Shown here: positions 19,041-29,070 of the stretch, piece by piece
Numbering within the stretch: the stretch's first letter is position 1
Layout of the letters: each line of letters starts with the position of its first letter
From: a virus
Taxonomy: Duplodnaviria; Caudoviricetes
Virus record (IMG/VR): IMGVR_UViG_3300033068_001265
Span: 1-64,000 of that record
Length of the DNA stretch: 64,000 nucleotides
Direction: 5' to 3' (one strand)
The notes under the pieces: generated by a model
Databases searched by the model: none
Seen by the model: the letters and a program-made list of their open reading frames with translations, nothing else
Told to the model about the DNA's origin: nothing
Made by a program: the position numbers and the translations under genes

Positions 19041-19073
19041 GGTCCCCCGTTCATGAATAAACTACATATTCAT

Positions 19074-21542
19074 TCAACGGGCAGCGTAAGAAAGGAATAG
19101 GGTTTTGATCTCATTTCGCATTTGTTCAGTGTTGTCTACATAAAACTCATCTGATAGAACCAATGTGGTCGATTTTGTAATATAGATCCCAACAGGGACA
19201 CTCCCCTTATGTGTCAATAAAATTGACTTAAGCTGAGAGAGTGCTCCTGAGTCCTGAGCGAACCCCTTAGGCATCATCAGTTTGAACACATCACCCTCAA
19301 CTTCCTCGACTGTATCAACATTGACTCGTTCCCAACGATTGACGACGTAGGAGCGTTCCTCATCTCTATCTCGCCCCACTCGTAGTCCTACTTTGATGAT
19401 ATCACCAACAGTTGGAACATTGATCTTCTCAAACGTCTTAGGGAAGACGACCGCTTCAAAAGATCCGGTTTGATCCTCAAGCAGAAGAGTTGCCATCTTA
19501 GCTCCGGCCTTGGTGTATCTGACCTCAACCTCAGACACAACCACCAGAACATCTACCCATTGGCCCTCTTGGTCGTCCAAGTCGATGACCATGAAGTCTA
19601 AGGGTCTCATTCCATCAAGAGGATGACCTGAAACATAAATACCCACAGCTTGTTTTTCTAGAGCCATCCGCTGGTTCTGTGAATACTCTTGAGTGGGGAT
19701 ACTGAATTCCAAAAACTCATCAGTATCAAAAAGAGAATCCGGCTGAGCCTTACGATCTTTGCGACCTTGAACCAGCAACTCTTCAGCCACCGTACAGATA
19801 CCTAGACGGGTTCCGAACGCATCTAAGGCACCCCCCTGAGCTAGGGACTTTAGTTCCCTCAAGTTGGGGTTTACTCGCCGGACGAAATCGAAGATGTCCA
19901 CAAAGGGACCATCAGCATTTCGTGCAGTAAGAGTATCTTCTGCCGCACGACCCACGAATTTGAGTGCCCCTAGCCCTACAAGAATTTCATTATCATTGGC
20001 AGTAAAATTGTATTCTGACAGGTTTATGTCAGGAGTGGATACCTGAAGACCCATTCGTTTTGCTTCGTATAAGTACAGTGAAGTTTTCTCGATATCATCA
20101 GAAACAGAGGCGCAAGTTGCGGCCATAAATTGCGCTGGATAATGGGCTTTTAAGTACGCCGTTTGATACGATATGACGCTGTAGAGAAAACTATGGGATT
20201 GATTGAATGAATACGCCGAAAATCCTTCAATCATTTCAAAAAGATCTTCGGCAAAAACCTTGTCATATCCCTGTCCAAGACAGCGCTCAATAAATACGTC
20301 CCGCTCTTCGGCCATCTTATCACGTTGTTTTTTGCCAATAATGGAACGAAGTGTATCCGCTTCAGCCATAGTATATCCAGCAAATTTCTGGGCAATTTTC
20401 ATAACCTGTTCTTGGTATAAACAAATACCCCAAGTGTTTTTTAAAATGTCTTCGGCGTCAGGGTGGAAGTAGGTGACTGGCTGCCGAAAGTTCTTTCTGT
20501 CAGCATAATCATTATGCATATTGGAAGCCATTGGCCCCGGCCGATACAACGCCAGAACAGCAGCAATATCATCCAAGGATTCTGGCTGCATTCTACGCAG
20601 CAAAGCCCTCATTCCAGATTCGCTAAGTTGGAAAACTCCAACGGTATCTGCTTTACATAATAGCCTGTAAGTTTCTGGGTCATCATAGTTGTCGGAAATC
20701 TCGACATCCAGCCCAATCATATCAATTGTATCTCTAATGATGTCCAGGTTTCGCAGGCCCAGAAAATCCATTTTAAGAAGACCAAGTTCTTCAATGGTTT
20801 TCTTATCAAACTGAGTAACCAGAGGACTGTCTGGTTTCTTTTGAACTGGGACAAGGTTAGTCAACGGCTCGGGAGATACCACTACGGCAGCAGCACCAAT
20901 GCCATCTTGTCGAATAAGACCCTCTAAGCCTTGGGCAATGTCAATCACCTGAGCGGCTTCAGGGTCAGTGTTGTAGAGGTTTCTTAGGTCCTCAGCATTC
21001 TTGTAGCCGAAATCGTATCTATCGCTATGAGTGAAACAATCCTTGAGTGGAGTCTGCTCTCCCATATGCAGTGGTGGCATGGCCTTGGAGATTTTATCAC
21101 CAACCTGTGGTGGTAATCCTAGGATCCTTGCAGCATCCCTGACCGCAGATCGAGCTTTCATCTCAGAAAAGGTAATGACCTGAGCAACCCTGTCTCTGCC
21201 ATACTTTTCTATGGTGTAGTTAATTAATTCTTCCCTGCGACTTGTTTCAAAATCTAAATCTATGTCTGCGCACGATGGCGGCTTACCCCTTCGAACAATC
21301 AGGCTATCGGGATATCGTGTTGGTGGATCATTGGTGATACCAATCACAAACGCAACAGCGGAACTGTTCGGGTTGGTGAATAACTTCCCCGAATCGAATT
21401 TATTTAGGAATTCCTCGGTTAGGTCACTGGAAGATTCGATAGCTGCAAGTTCGTCACTTAGCCACTCTGCGGCTATCCCACTATTACGTGGAGATGACCT
21501 CACGAGATGGCGTAAACGGTTCGATCTGTTAATATCAAACAT
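19074..21542 (-). CDS. dnaE: DNA polymerase III alpha, C-terminal part (catalytic palm, thumb, fingers, HhH, OB)
   Basis: DIDLDF, KMDFLGL, GVFQL, ALYRPGP, YQEQVM, YSFNQSH, YLKAHYP, GIYVSGHP; ATG 21542 after CAGGA overlaps the upstream stop. Confidence 0.9.
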   Translation of the reverse strand: MFDINRSNRLRHLVRSSPRNSGIAAEWLSDELAAIESSSDLTEEFLNKFDSGKLFTNPNSSAVAFVIGITNDPPTRYPDSLIVRRGKPPSCADIDLDFETSRREELINYTIEKYGRDRVAQVITFSEMKARSAVRDAARILGLPPQVGDKISKAMPPLHMGEQTPLKDCFTHSDRYDFGYKNAEDLRNLYNTDPEAAQVIDIAQGLEGLIRQDGIGAAAVVVSPEPLTNLVPVQKKPDSPLVTQFDKKTIEELGLLKMDFLGLRNLDIIRDTIDMIGLDVEISDNYDDPETYRLLCKADTVGVFQLSESGMRALLRRMQPESLDDIAAVLALYRPGPMASNMHNDYADRKNFRQPVTYFHPDAEDILKNTWGICLYQEQVMKIAQKFAGYTMAEADTLRSIIGKKQRDKMAEERDVFIERCLGQGYDKVFAEDLFEMIEGFSAYSFNQSHSFLYSVISYQTAYLKAHYPAQFMAATCASVSDDIEKTSLYLYEAKRMGLQVSTPDINLSEYNFTANDNEILVGLGALKFVGRAAEDTLTARNADGPFVDIFDFVRRVNPNLRELKSLAQGGALDAFGTRLGICTVAEELLVQGRKDRKAQPDSLFDTDEFLEFSIPTQEYSQNQRMALEKQAVGIYVSGHPLDGMRPLDFMVIDLDDQEGQWVDVLVVVSEVEVRYTKAGAKMATLLLEDQTGSFEAVVFPKTFEKINVPTVGDIIKVGLRVGRDRDEERSYVVNRWERVNVDTVEEVEGDVFKLMMPKGFAQDSGALSQLKSILLTHKGSVPVGIYITKSTTLVLSDEFYVDNTEQMRNEIKTLFLSYAAR

Positions 21543-22875
21543 TTTCCTGACCAAGGTCCCAGAGAGATACGGGCTTATTGTCCCTTGATGTATATCCTTC
21601 GTACAGAACCCTCTTCCGTGAACCCTCTAACTCTGTAAACTGCGGAAGATATTCGAAAAAATCTGGCACAGAAATTCTGGACGGATTCAGAAATCTCTCA
21701 AAGGGTAAATCGTATTTCAGGGGATCAATGGTTGTGATACCTAAGCACCAAGCTAAACAACTCCCTCCGACCGACCCCCTTCCAGGGCCTGTTTGGATGC
21801 CCTGTTCCTTGGCAAACCTCATCAAATCCCAGACGATCAAGAAGTAACTTGATACACCCATCGAGTCAATGACACTTAACTCATAAGCGAGACGTTCTAG
21901 GTACTCTTGAGATGTTAGGCCCTTAGCTAATAGCCCATCGAAAGCCAGTTTACTCAAATAGGCTGCCGGTGTCGGGTATTCTGGTGGCACAGGGAAGTTC
22001 GGTAGATGTAAAGTCTGGAAGTCCAGAGTAACATTACATCTCTCATTTACTTCAAGGGTGTTATCACATGCTTCAGGAATCTCTTTGAATAGGTCCCTCA
22101 TCTGTCCAGCAGGCATCAAATAATGCTGGTCTGACTGGAACTGGAACCTGTTCGGGTCTGATAGTTTCGCTCCAACCTGACAACACAAAAGAGCGGAATG
22201 ACTGTCAACGTCCTTAGCATCCACATAATGTAGATCCATAGCTGCAAGAGTCTTTAAGTTAAGCCTTTTTGCGATATCAATGAGCCACGGATTGGTTTTG
22301 TGTTGCTCCGGTAGTCCGTGGTCTTGAAGCTCAACGTAGACGTTCTCTTTACCCATAATATCTACAAGTCGTTGAGTGCGGGCTAATGCCTCGTCGTAGT
22401 TGTCGTGCAGCAACTCTTGAAGAATGGGACCACCGAGACATCCGGTAGTGATAATCAGACCCTTACCGAACCGTTCTAATAGCTCCCAGTCGGTTCTTCC
22501 CTTGAAGTGGAAACCTGAGATGAACGCCTCGGAGGACATTCTCATCAAATTCTGATAACCATCGTTATCAACAGCCATTGTGGTTAGGTGGAAGTATCTC
22601 TTATCTGAACCGTCGATAGAGCCGGTTTTAGCCTTAGCTCCCTTGACTGTTCTGTCGTCGCAGAAATAGAACTCTTCCCCGATAATGGGGTTGATGTCGT
22701 ATTTCTTGCATTCCTTATAGAACTCCACAACGCCATACATATGGCCATGATCACAGATATGTAATCCCGGCATATTGTATTCAGCTGCACGAGCTACAAG
22801 GTCTTTGATCTTCGCCGCACCATCTAAGAGGCTATAGCTAGTGTGACAATGGATTGGAACGATTGGGTCAGTCAT
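21535..22875 (-). CDS. dnaE: DNA polymerase III alpha, N-terminal part (PHP domain plus start of palm)
   Basis: HCHTSYSLLDG, CDHG, TGCLGG, DLHY, GPGRGS, FERFLNPSR. Confidence 0.9.
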   Translation of the reverse strand: MTDPIVPIHCHTSYSLLDGAAKIKDLVARAAEYNMPGLHICDHGHMYGVVEFYKECKKYDINPIIGEEFYFCDDRTVKGAKAKTGSIDGSDKRYFHLTTMAVDNDGYQNLMRMSSEAFISGFHFKGRTDWELLERFGKGLIITTGCLGGPILQELLHDNYDEALARTQRLVDIMGKENVYVELQDHGLPEQHKTNPWLIDIAKRLNLKTLAAMDLHYVDAKDVDSHSALLCCQVGAKLSDPNRFQFQSDQHYLMPAGQMRDLFKEIPEACDNTLEVNERCNVTLDFQTLHLPNFPVPPEYPTPAAYLSKLAFDGLLAKGLTSQEYLERLAYELSVIDSMGVSSYFLIVWDLMRFAKEQGIQTGPGRGSVGGSCLAWCLGITTIDPLKYDLPFERFLNPSRISVPDFFEYLPQFTELEGSRKRVLYEGYTSRDNKPVSLWDLGQENV

Positions 22876-23093
22876 TTAATCCAAGTTCTTGAAGTGCGCG
22901 TTTCGATGATCCACCAAGAGCTTTCAGGGTGAAGTAATTGGTAGGTGGAGAGAGGGATCTTTGTGAGAAAATGCTTCTCTAACGTATCTATGTATTTACC
23001 ACAATTGTAGCATTGGTATCTGAGACTCCGCCCCTCTCGAACCAAACGATGAACAGATGTTTTGGGATCGCAAAATGGCTCCACCACCAACAT
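22872..23093 (-). CDS. hypothetical protein (CYNC)
   Basis: Coupled ORF. Confidence 0.45.
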   Translation of the reverse strand: MLVVEPFCDPKTSVHRLVREGRSLRYQCYNCGKYIDTLEKHFLTKIPLSTYQLLHPESSWWIIETRTSRTWIK

Positions 23094-24365
23094 TTATCCC
23101 ACTTCCTCCAAGTCCACATATTCGTCAGAGTTTTTGAGGTATCCCTCTAGGACCCCGAAATCGAAACTCTTTGACTTCAGGAACCCTACCACACCATCAG
23201 AACGCTCCACCCGGATAGCGACACCCTCTCGAATGTGGCCTTGGTCCAAGGTGGAGGGTCCGTTCTCGTACTGATCCACAAGGAACTTGACCGCCTCTAC
23301 GTCCTCGTCAGAGGAAATGAGTAGGGGACCTGCTAGTTCTGGGACGTAGCTTATTCCGAGTTCATCGCAGCGAGCCTTGACTTGAGACCAAGGCTTTTCG
23401 GTAATAACCCCATCTTCATTTACTTGGATGATTCTATAAACAAAGAATTTACATTCACCCGGAATGCATCCGTAAGAATAGGTCATGTTGGGGCCGTAGG
23501 CAGCCTTGATGTCTTTTAGTTTAGATGTGTCCTGAGTCCCCATAACAGGTGTCTCAGAGTCCACGTAGCCGACGACCTCACCAAAGATCACCTCGCCCTT
23601 ATGGATGTTCTCTAAGAAGGATTCTATAACTCTGTGTCTAAAGGATTCATCCTCATAAAACCCTTGAGTGGGGTCCCTGAGGACGACATTTCTGGTCCCG
23701 ACAACAAATCTCCATTGTTGAGTTTCGCCTGGTGAGCTCCTGGTGAGCTTATGGAACCAACGCAGTTTCTTCTGGGTAGTCTCTAGACTATATGACTGAC
23801 GCTGGGAGGTACCGTGTAGCTTCTCGGTAAGATAAGCGATCGACCCCGGGACCAGCCACTCGTTAGCTTCGTACTGAAACTTCTTTGTCTCAATGTGCTT
23901 GGGGAACATCACAAGCTGCCGCCGTGGGCCGGTGGCCTTCATCTGCCGCAAGGTGGCAGGCGTGTAATACTTGTTGCAGATCGGCACTCCATTTAGAGTG
24001 TCAAAAACCATTCCCTCAGTCAGGGATGAAGGATCAACCTTAGTAAAGGCTAAGGTATCTAACGTGGCCCAAAAGCCGTCAGATTTCTCTTTCCTCAGTC
24101 GCTGGGATCGAACCCGTCGATTCGCTGAGAAGTAACCACCCGCACGCTCTCCCGTTACGGGATCCTTGCGTTCAATAAGGTCATTGGATTCGGCGTATTC
24201 CTGAGACAGTTGGCCATCACAGGGGAAGAAAATTCCTAACTGACCTTCGTAGTTCTCTAAGCCGACCACAATTTGGTAACCTGACACGGTTGCTAATTGT
24301 AACCTGTCGGCATTTGGATGAGGTCTAACATTTACCAGTTTCGTAATTTTTGCTTCGTAACTCAT
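23094..24365 (-). CDS. RNA ligase, DRB0094/Rnl5-type with N-terminal OB domain
   Basis: HPNADRL, TEKLHGT (motif I), FGEVVG, EGVAIR, LKSKS. Confidence 0.85.
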   Translation of the reverse strand: MSYEAKITKLVNVRPHPNADRLQLATVSGYQIVVGLENYEGQLGIFFPCDGQLSQEYAESNDLIERKDPVTGERAGGYFSANRRVRSQRLRKEKSDGFWATLDTLAFTKVDPSSLTEGMVFDTLNGVPICNKYYTPATLRQMKATGPRRQLVMFPKHIETKKFQYEANEWLVPGSIAYLTEKLHGTSQRQSYSLETTQKKLRWFHKLTRSSPGETQQWRFVVGTRNVVLRDPTQGFYEDESFRHRVIESFLENIHKGEVIFGEVVGYVDSETPVMGTQDTSKLKDIKAAYGPNMTYSYGCIPGECKFFVYRIIQVNEDGVITEKPWSQVKARCDELGISYVPELAGPLLISSDEDVEAVKFLVDQYENGPSTLDQGHIREGVAIRVERSDGVVGFLKSKSFDFGVLEGYLKNSDEYVDLEEVG

Positions 24366-24583
24366 TTCCCTACTTCTATGTTGAAGACATTACAAAGACG
24401 ATCACGCTGATCTTGGGTCAGTTCCATTTCTAGAATTATCCCGGGTTTATTGGGATGCCGAAACTGAATCAGTAGCGAATCATACAGAACGCTGCGCCCG
24501 CTTGACCCCCGATACGGTCGACGTTTCCAAGTGAACCCCCACTGCGGAACTGACTTGAACCAACCCATAGCAAGCTCCTTCAC
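24362..24583 (-). CDS. hypothetical protein
   Basis: Coupled ORF. Confidence 0.45.
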   Translation of the reverse strand: MKELAMGWFKSVPQWGFTWKRRPYRGSSGRSVLYDSLLIQFRHPNKPGIILEMELTQDQRDRLCNVFNIEVGK

Positions 24584-24633
24584 AAAGCCGAATCTGCTAC
24601 CAAGATCTGTTCACCAACCCAACGTACCACGGG

Positions 24634-25095
24634 TTACCCCTGTTTCGCACTACCGATCTCATCGACTCTGTCTAAATACACCGGAATGGTGCAGGTTGGA
24701 TTCGCTCCAGATTCCCTGAGAGAGACGTACTCCAAAAGAATCTCCTGCCAAAGACCCTTATCTGAATGAACCGTTTCATGGCAGGTGGCGCAGAGGGTGA
24801 TGAGGTTGCTTGGGTCGTGTGTGCCACCCTCGGACCTGTATTTTATGTGGTGTAAATGCAGCAGGTAAGTTCCATTACAGAATCTACATTTCCAGCCATC
24901 AGATTCATACACCCCTTGTCTTGTCGCAGGAGGCATCTGCCTATCCGTAGCACGCTGCCTTAATCTAGACCTACCGTTTCGCTCTTTTGTGAATTCATCT
25001 CTATGCTCTTTAGAACAAAACGTGTACCACCCAGAGCGAGTCGCCGTGTCACGGTCAATGTAGTCTTTGCATTGCTTGCATTTCACGACTGGCAT
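24634..25095 (-). CDS. HNH endonuclease
   Basis: CRFC, HHIKYRSEGG, NLITLCATCH. Confidence 0.85.
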   Translation of the reverse strand: MPVVKCKQCKDYIDRDTATRSGWYTFCSKEHRDEFTKERNGRSRLRQRATDRQMPPATRQGVYESDGWKCRFCNGTYLLHLHHIKYRSEGGTHDPSNLITLCATCHETVHSDKGLWQEILLEYVSLRESGANPTCTIPVYLDRVDEIGSAKQG

Positions 25096-25223
25096 TATCC
25101 ATCCCCCAAAACATCAACAGGTGAATGTGTTTCTCAGCTGGTTCTGACCCTAAATCAAACAGGCAATTATCGCAACGGAAAGTGATGTCGCTGGCATGAA
25201 TAAACATGCACCATCGTTCGACT

Positions 25224-25529
25224 TCAACAAGCAACGTCGGCTCTAAATTGGATAGAGTAACGTCGCTGTCTGGCTGTGAGCTTGACTCTTTCTTCCTCAG
25301 TTAAACCGCCCCTCACACCCATGCTGTCCCCAAAGGAGATGGCGTCATTTAAACACTCCATTCGGCAGGGGCACTTGTCACAAAATGTCTTTGCTTCTTC
25401 AACTCTGTCCGGGTCGAAAAACAACCCCTCTTCCGTATCCAAGCAAAGAGCATGATCTCGCCATTCTGAGGTGAATACTGCCGCTACCTTTTTGTAGAAT
25501 TCATTAATCTCCAACCGGATCGCCCTCAT
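25224..25529 (-). CDS. whiB: WhiB-family transcription factor
   Basis: WRDHALC, FF, AKTFCDKCPCRMECL, GVRGGLTEEER. Confidence 0.85.
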   Translation of the reverse strand: MRAIRLEINEFYKKVAAVFTSEWRDHALCLDTEEGLFFDPDRVEEAKTFCDKCPCRMECLNDAISFGDSMGVRGGLTEEERVKLTARQRRYSIQFRADVAC

Positions 25530-25809
25530 CTTGCTGATTCCGGTACAGGGTTTTTAACCCACCGCCTTGTCGCATTGGTGGATTTCGAATGATGACTTCA
25601 ATGTGTTCTACTAGGTTAGCTAAATACTCCTGTAGATCCATGTAAGCAGTTTCAAGCTCCCTGTCATCAATCTCGGCAGAGACCATTCTTGCGATCTGCG
25701 CTGTATCACCTTGTTCTCGGCCGATGAGATACGAAATCTCAATCGTATTCAGAGTAAATGTGACACCCGTAACGATTGTGTCTTGATTTAAGACATTTTC
25801 AACACCCAA
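25504..25809 (-). CDS. hypothetical protein
   Basis: SD AGGAG. Confidence 0.5.
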   Translation of the reverse strand: MGVENVLNQDTIVTGVTFTLNTIEISYLIGREQGDTAQIARMVSAEIDDRELETAYMDLQEYLANLVEHIEVIIRNPPMRQGGGLKTLYRNQQDEGDPVGD

Positions 25810-25817
25810 TGTAACTC

Positions 25818-26372
25818 CTAAATTTCCACGGTAGAGAACTGCTTGGGTCCTCTAGATGTTGGTGTGTCCATGAAATCCAACCATGAAGGTTGATGAGGCT
25901 CATCTTCCTTAACTCCCTCTGTATGGCTCTCTAAGGGGTTTGAGTCTGTTTCATGGGGTTCGGTACCCCAAAGCCCTTCACTCTCGTTAGACGGCTCTGT
26001 GGAGGCCTCTGGTTTGAATGTGGTTAATTCAGCCTCGATCAGACCAGAATTAACCCCCTCGACCTGAACATCACAATTGTCATACAGATACTTAGCCATA
26101 TCAGGAGATATCATTACAGAAGCTTCGACCTTGAAGGTGTTCTGCCTCTTGAGTTCTAGGGTCTTACGAACCCGAGTAAATTTAGGAGCTTCAGCACGAA
26201 CAGTCACAATGAAAGTAAACTGCTCTGAGTTACAGATTTCGATACCATCCTCTTCTGGGAGGGGGAATGACCCCGAGAATCTGCCCTCGTGAAGCTTGAC
26301 AACCTCCCCGTCGAAAACTTCTTTTCCGTCCTTAATCTGCTTAGTCACCAGATGCCTCCTGAGTGAGTGCAT
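25818..26372 (-). CDS. hypothetical protein (start probably GTG near 26348)
   Basis: ORF fills the gap. Confidence 0.5.
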   Translation of the reverse strand: MHSLRRHLVTKQIKDGKEVFDGEVVKLHEGRFSGSFPLPEEDGIEICNSEQFTFIVTVRAEAPKFTRVRKTLELKRQNTFKVEASVMISPDMAKYLYDNCDVQVEGVNSGLIEAELTTFKPEASTEPSNESEGLWGTEPHETDSNPLESHTEGVKEDEPHQPSWLDFMDTPTSRGPKQFSTVEI

Positions 26373-29070
26373 TGCCCTGAATAGTCGTACTGCCTGTCCT
26401 GTGCATTTCGGCTGCCTCCTGCCAACTCAACCCCGCCCAAGCCATCTTCTTTTCTAGAAGTGCCCTTTCCTGAAGAGGATCAGATCGTGGCACCAAGGCA
26501 AGAGTTAGTGGGGCAAACTGATAAATCACCTTGGCGTTTACCCCTCCGTCTCTAGACTTAAGAATCGTCATATGGATTTCTTTCTTTTCATCCGCCTTAT
26601 CAATCCCCGGTGACTGGTCTGTACTGAAGATCGACAAAACCATATCTGCCGTTTCCTCAACAACTCCAGAACCCCTCATACTGTCCAGCCTTAACTGTTC
26701 AGCAAACCCAACCTGACGATTAGCCTGATGAGGTACAAAGAACACGCACTCATGTTCCTTGGCGATTGCCTTAAGACCCATGATAGCAGTTGAGGTTCTT
26801 TGGTACTCTTCTCCATGGAAAGACCTAGCGTAATACCCCAGGTAATCAACCACTACAATATCTGGAGAATGACGAGTCTCATACCTATACTGATCAATCG
26901 CTACTTCAAGTTCAGCTTCAGTGACTCTGTTCTTATCTACTAGATACAGATTCTGCTCCCAGAAGCGCACTGTTTCTATAGTAGAAGCCCCCGGTTCATA
27001 GAAGTTGTGGATCCGATGCGCTCGCTCATACCATTCATTCTTGGTCTGTTCCAAGGAAAGTAAGAGAATTCTAATGCCGGGATTAAGTAGCTTCATTCTA
27101 TGTAGGATATTGAAGGTGCTCAACGATTTTGATGAATTATGAACCACAAACTCGTTGGCAATGAAGTTATGGGGATCATCCAGCACCTCTATATCGTAAG
27201 TGTCTCCCATTCCCACGTACTCTATGTCGACAACTTCAGTAAGACCTGTTTGGTACAGAAACGGTGGAGGGCCATCTGTTGCATGGTGCCTTAAGTGCTC
27301 AACTCGGTCTAAAAGTTCTAGGTTGGAAATAGAATTATTTGCTTTATCTTCATCAAGATGATGAACCGTATGAGTTTTAGGGTTAATGAAGGTTAACCCA
27401 TCTATGTCACCCGTTTGGCAAGCCTGAACAAAATCATCAAATGTCATATCATTTAGATAAGCTTCATATACAACTCTGTGAAGCTGAACAGTGTTACCGG
27501 GGGTATCACGAAGAGGGTATATTTTTCTTCTAGTACGGTAAGGATGATGAGTTAGTCCGCTTTTTTGCTTGTAGTGGCCTGCTTCCTTCTTCGGCAGACC
27601 TAATCCCTTACCCTGATTCACATAGACGCAGTCACCTACGAAGATATCTTTTAATGGTCTGAAACCGTTTTCGGTCATGAATCGATGATCCGTTGTGGAT
27701 TTTATTTTCTTACCACAAGCAGTAGTAACCTCCCATAGTTCCTTTTCGCCCGAATACCAAATGTCCTTCAGTTCAACCAATCTAACAGTGCCATCATGCC
27801 AGCGACGCTGCACCATGATGGTGTTATCTTCACTCCATGTGTATTTTCTACCATTGACACCCACAACCCCGTCACCCTTGAGCATATTAAAGACGTATTC
27901 AAGAGTGTAATGCCTTCCAACGCCACCACGATTTACGATGATTTCCGTATCAGCTGCCAGACAATTCGTTTTTCCTACCAAAACCACCACTTGACCTGGC
28001 GTCAATCCATGGTTTAATTCAGTATCCAATTCCTCAATATTAAATCTGAGACCAACTCTGTTGGGATTACCCTCTACCTCTAACCAGCGATCGAATGCCT
28101 CGGCTACAGAAACAAGAAGTCCACCCTTGGCCTTACTAAACAACCACTCAAAGGACTCTCTGGTCTTATTGTGGTTAACTACCCATTCGGTAACATCGAT
28201 CTTCTTCTGACCAGCAGACGCCTTGGGCATCTCAACCACACGAGAACGGGGACCGAGTTCTTTAGCAACCTTCTCTGAACCAGCACGACCGGCAGCATCA
28301 TTGTCGAACACGACATAGATACGTCGTGCTTCATCTAGGGTTTCAGTCCACTCTGGTTTCCAGATGTTTTCACCAGGAACACCGACAGCAGCAAATCCTA
28401 ATTGCTGCAATAAGGCACAATCGAATTCCCCGGCCGTCAAGACAACCGTTTCCTCACCACGGACAGCATCAACTCCGTAAAGCTGCGCCCTTGACCCGGG
28501 TAGAGAAAGGTACTTCCCACCGAGTTCCTTGCCACGAATAGTGGTCGTGTTGCCCCACTCAATATATGGAATGGTTATCTTGGACTGAAAGAAATCGAAT
28601 CCATGGAGATTAACTAGACCAGTATCCTTAACCTCTTCAGGGGAGAAGCCTTTGTCCATGAGGTGTTTAAGGACCCCACCGTCCGCCCAACCGAAACGTA
28701 GTTTCTCGATTGTCTGATCCGACAGCCCTCGTTCGATCCTAAGGTACGTGTAAGCATCAGGGTTCTCTAGGAGTTGGTTAACATAGTAATCTGTGGCAGC
28801 ATTTAATATGTGAAGAACCTTGTACGATGGCTTATCATCTAAGGGTGGGTCACCAAAATGTTTTCTGAGTGTGTTTACACTGCCTTTAGTGTCACACAAA
28901 AAACATTTGAACAATCCCCACTTATCCGAGTCGGGGTCATTGTTGAAGTATAATCTACCTGGACGAGATGGATCCTCATCACAGAAAAAACAAGTCGTAT
29001 GGATTTGTGACGTTCCCCCAGATCTAACTTCTATACCCTTGGATTGAAGATACTCAATCAAATCCATCAA
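26341..29070 (-). CDS. DNA primase-helicase fusion (Zn finger, TOPRIM, DnaB-like SF4 helicase) containing an intein
   Basis: CFFC/CFLC, AGEFD, FDNDAAG, spliced Walker A GKTNSSKS, SLEQ, VDYLGY, HQANR, GSGVVEETAD, KSRDG. Confidence 0.9.
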   Translation of the reverse strand: MMDLIEYLQSKGIEVRSGGTSQIHTTCFFCDEDPSRPGRLYFNNDPDSDKWGLFKCFLCDTKGSVNTLRKHFGDPPLDDKPSYKVLHILNAATDYYVNQLLENPDAYTYLRIERGLSDQTIEKLRFGWADGGVLKHLMDKGFSPEEVKDTGLVNLHGFDFFQSKITIPYIEWGNTTTIRGKELGGKYLSLPGSRAQLYGVDAVRGEETVVLTAGEFDCALLQQLGFAAVGVPGENIWKPEWTETLDEARRIYVVFDNDAAGRAGSEKVAKELGPRSRVVEMPKASAGQKKIDVTEWVVNHNKTRESFEWLFSKAKGGLLVSVAEAFDRWLEVEGNPNRVGLRFNIEELDTELNHGLTPGQVVVLVGKTNCLAADTEIIVNRGGVGRHYTLEYVFNMLKGDGVVGVNGRKYTWSEDNTIMVQRRWHDGTVRLVELKDIWYSGEKELWEVTTACGKKIKSTTDHRFMTENGFRPLKDIFVGDCVYVNQGKGLGLPKKEAGHYKQKSGLTHHPYRTRRKIYPLRDTPGNTVQLHRVVYEAYLNDMTFDDFVQACQTGDIDGLTFINPKTHTVHHLDEDKANNSISNLELLDRVEHLRHHATDGPPPFLYQTGLTEVVDIEYVGMGDTYDIEVLDDPHNFIANEFVVHNSSKSLSTFNILHRMKLLNPGIRILLLSLEQTKNEWYERAHRIHNFYEPGASTIETVRFWEQNLYLVDKNRVTEAELEVAIDQYRYETRHSPDIVVVDYLGYYARSFHGEEYQRTSTAIMGLKAIAKEHECVFFVPHQANRQVGFAEQLRLDSMRGSGVVEETADMVLSIFSTDQSPGIDKADEKKEIHMTILKSRDGGVNAKVIYQFAPLTLALVPRSDPLQERALLEKKMAWAGLSWQEAAEMHRTGSTTIQGNALTQEASGD
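27136..27963 (-). mobile_element. 276-aa intein with HNH homing endonuclease in the helicase P-loop
   Basis: Starts CLAADTEI; block B TTDHRF; HHLDEDKANNSISNL; ends YDIEV..HNFIANEFVVHN followed by +1 Ser. Confidence 0.92.

Noticed and set aside
21273-21670. Group I intron or split intein in dnaE
   Set aside because: No P7 R/S core sequences and no intein C1/HN motifs recognised. The interval codes for a DnaE-like duplicate with its own SD. Not fully excluded without a covariance search.
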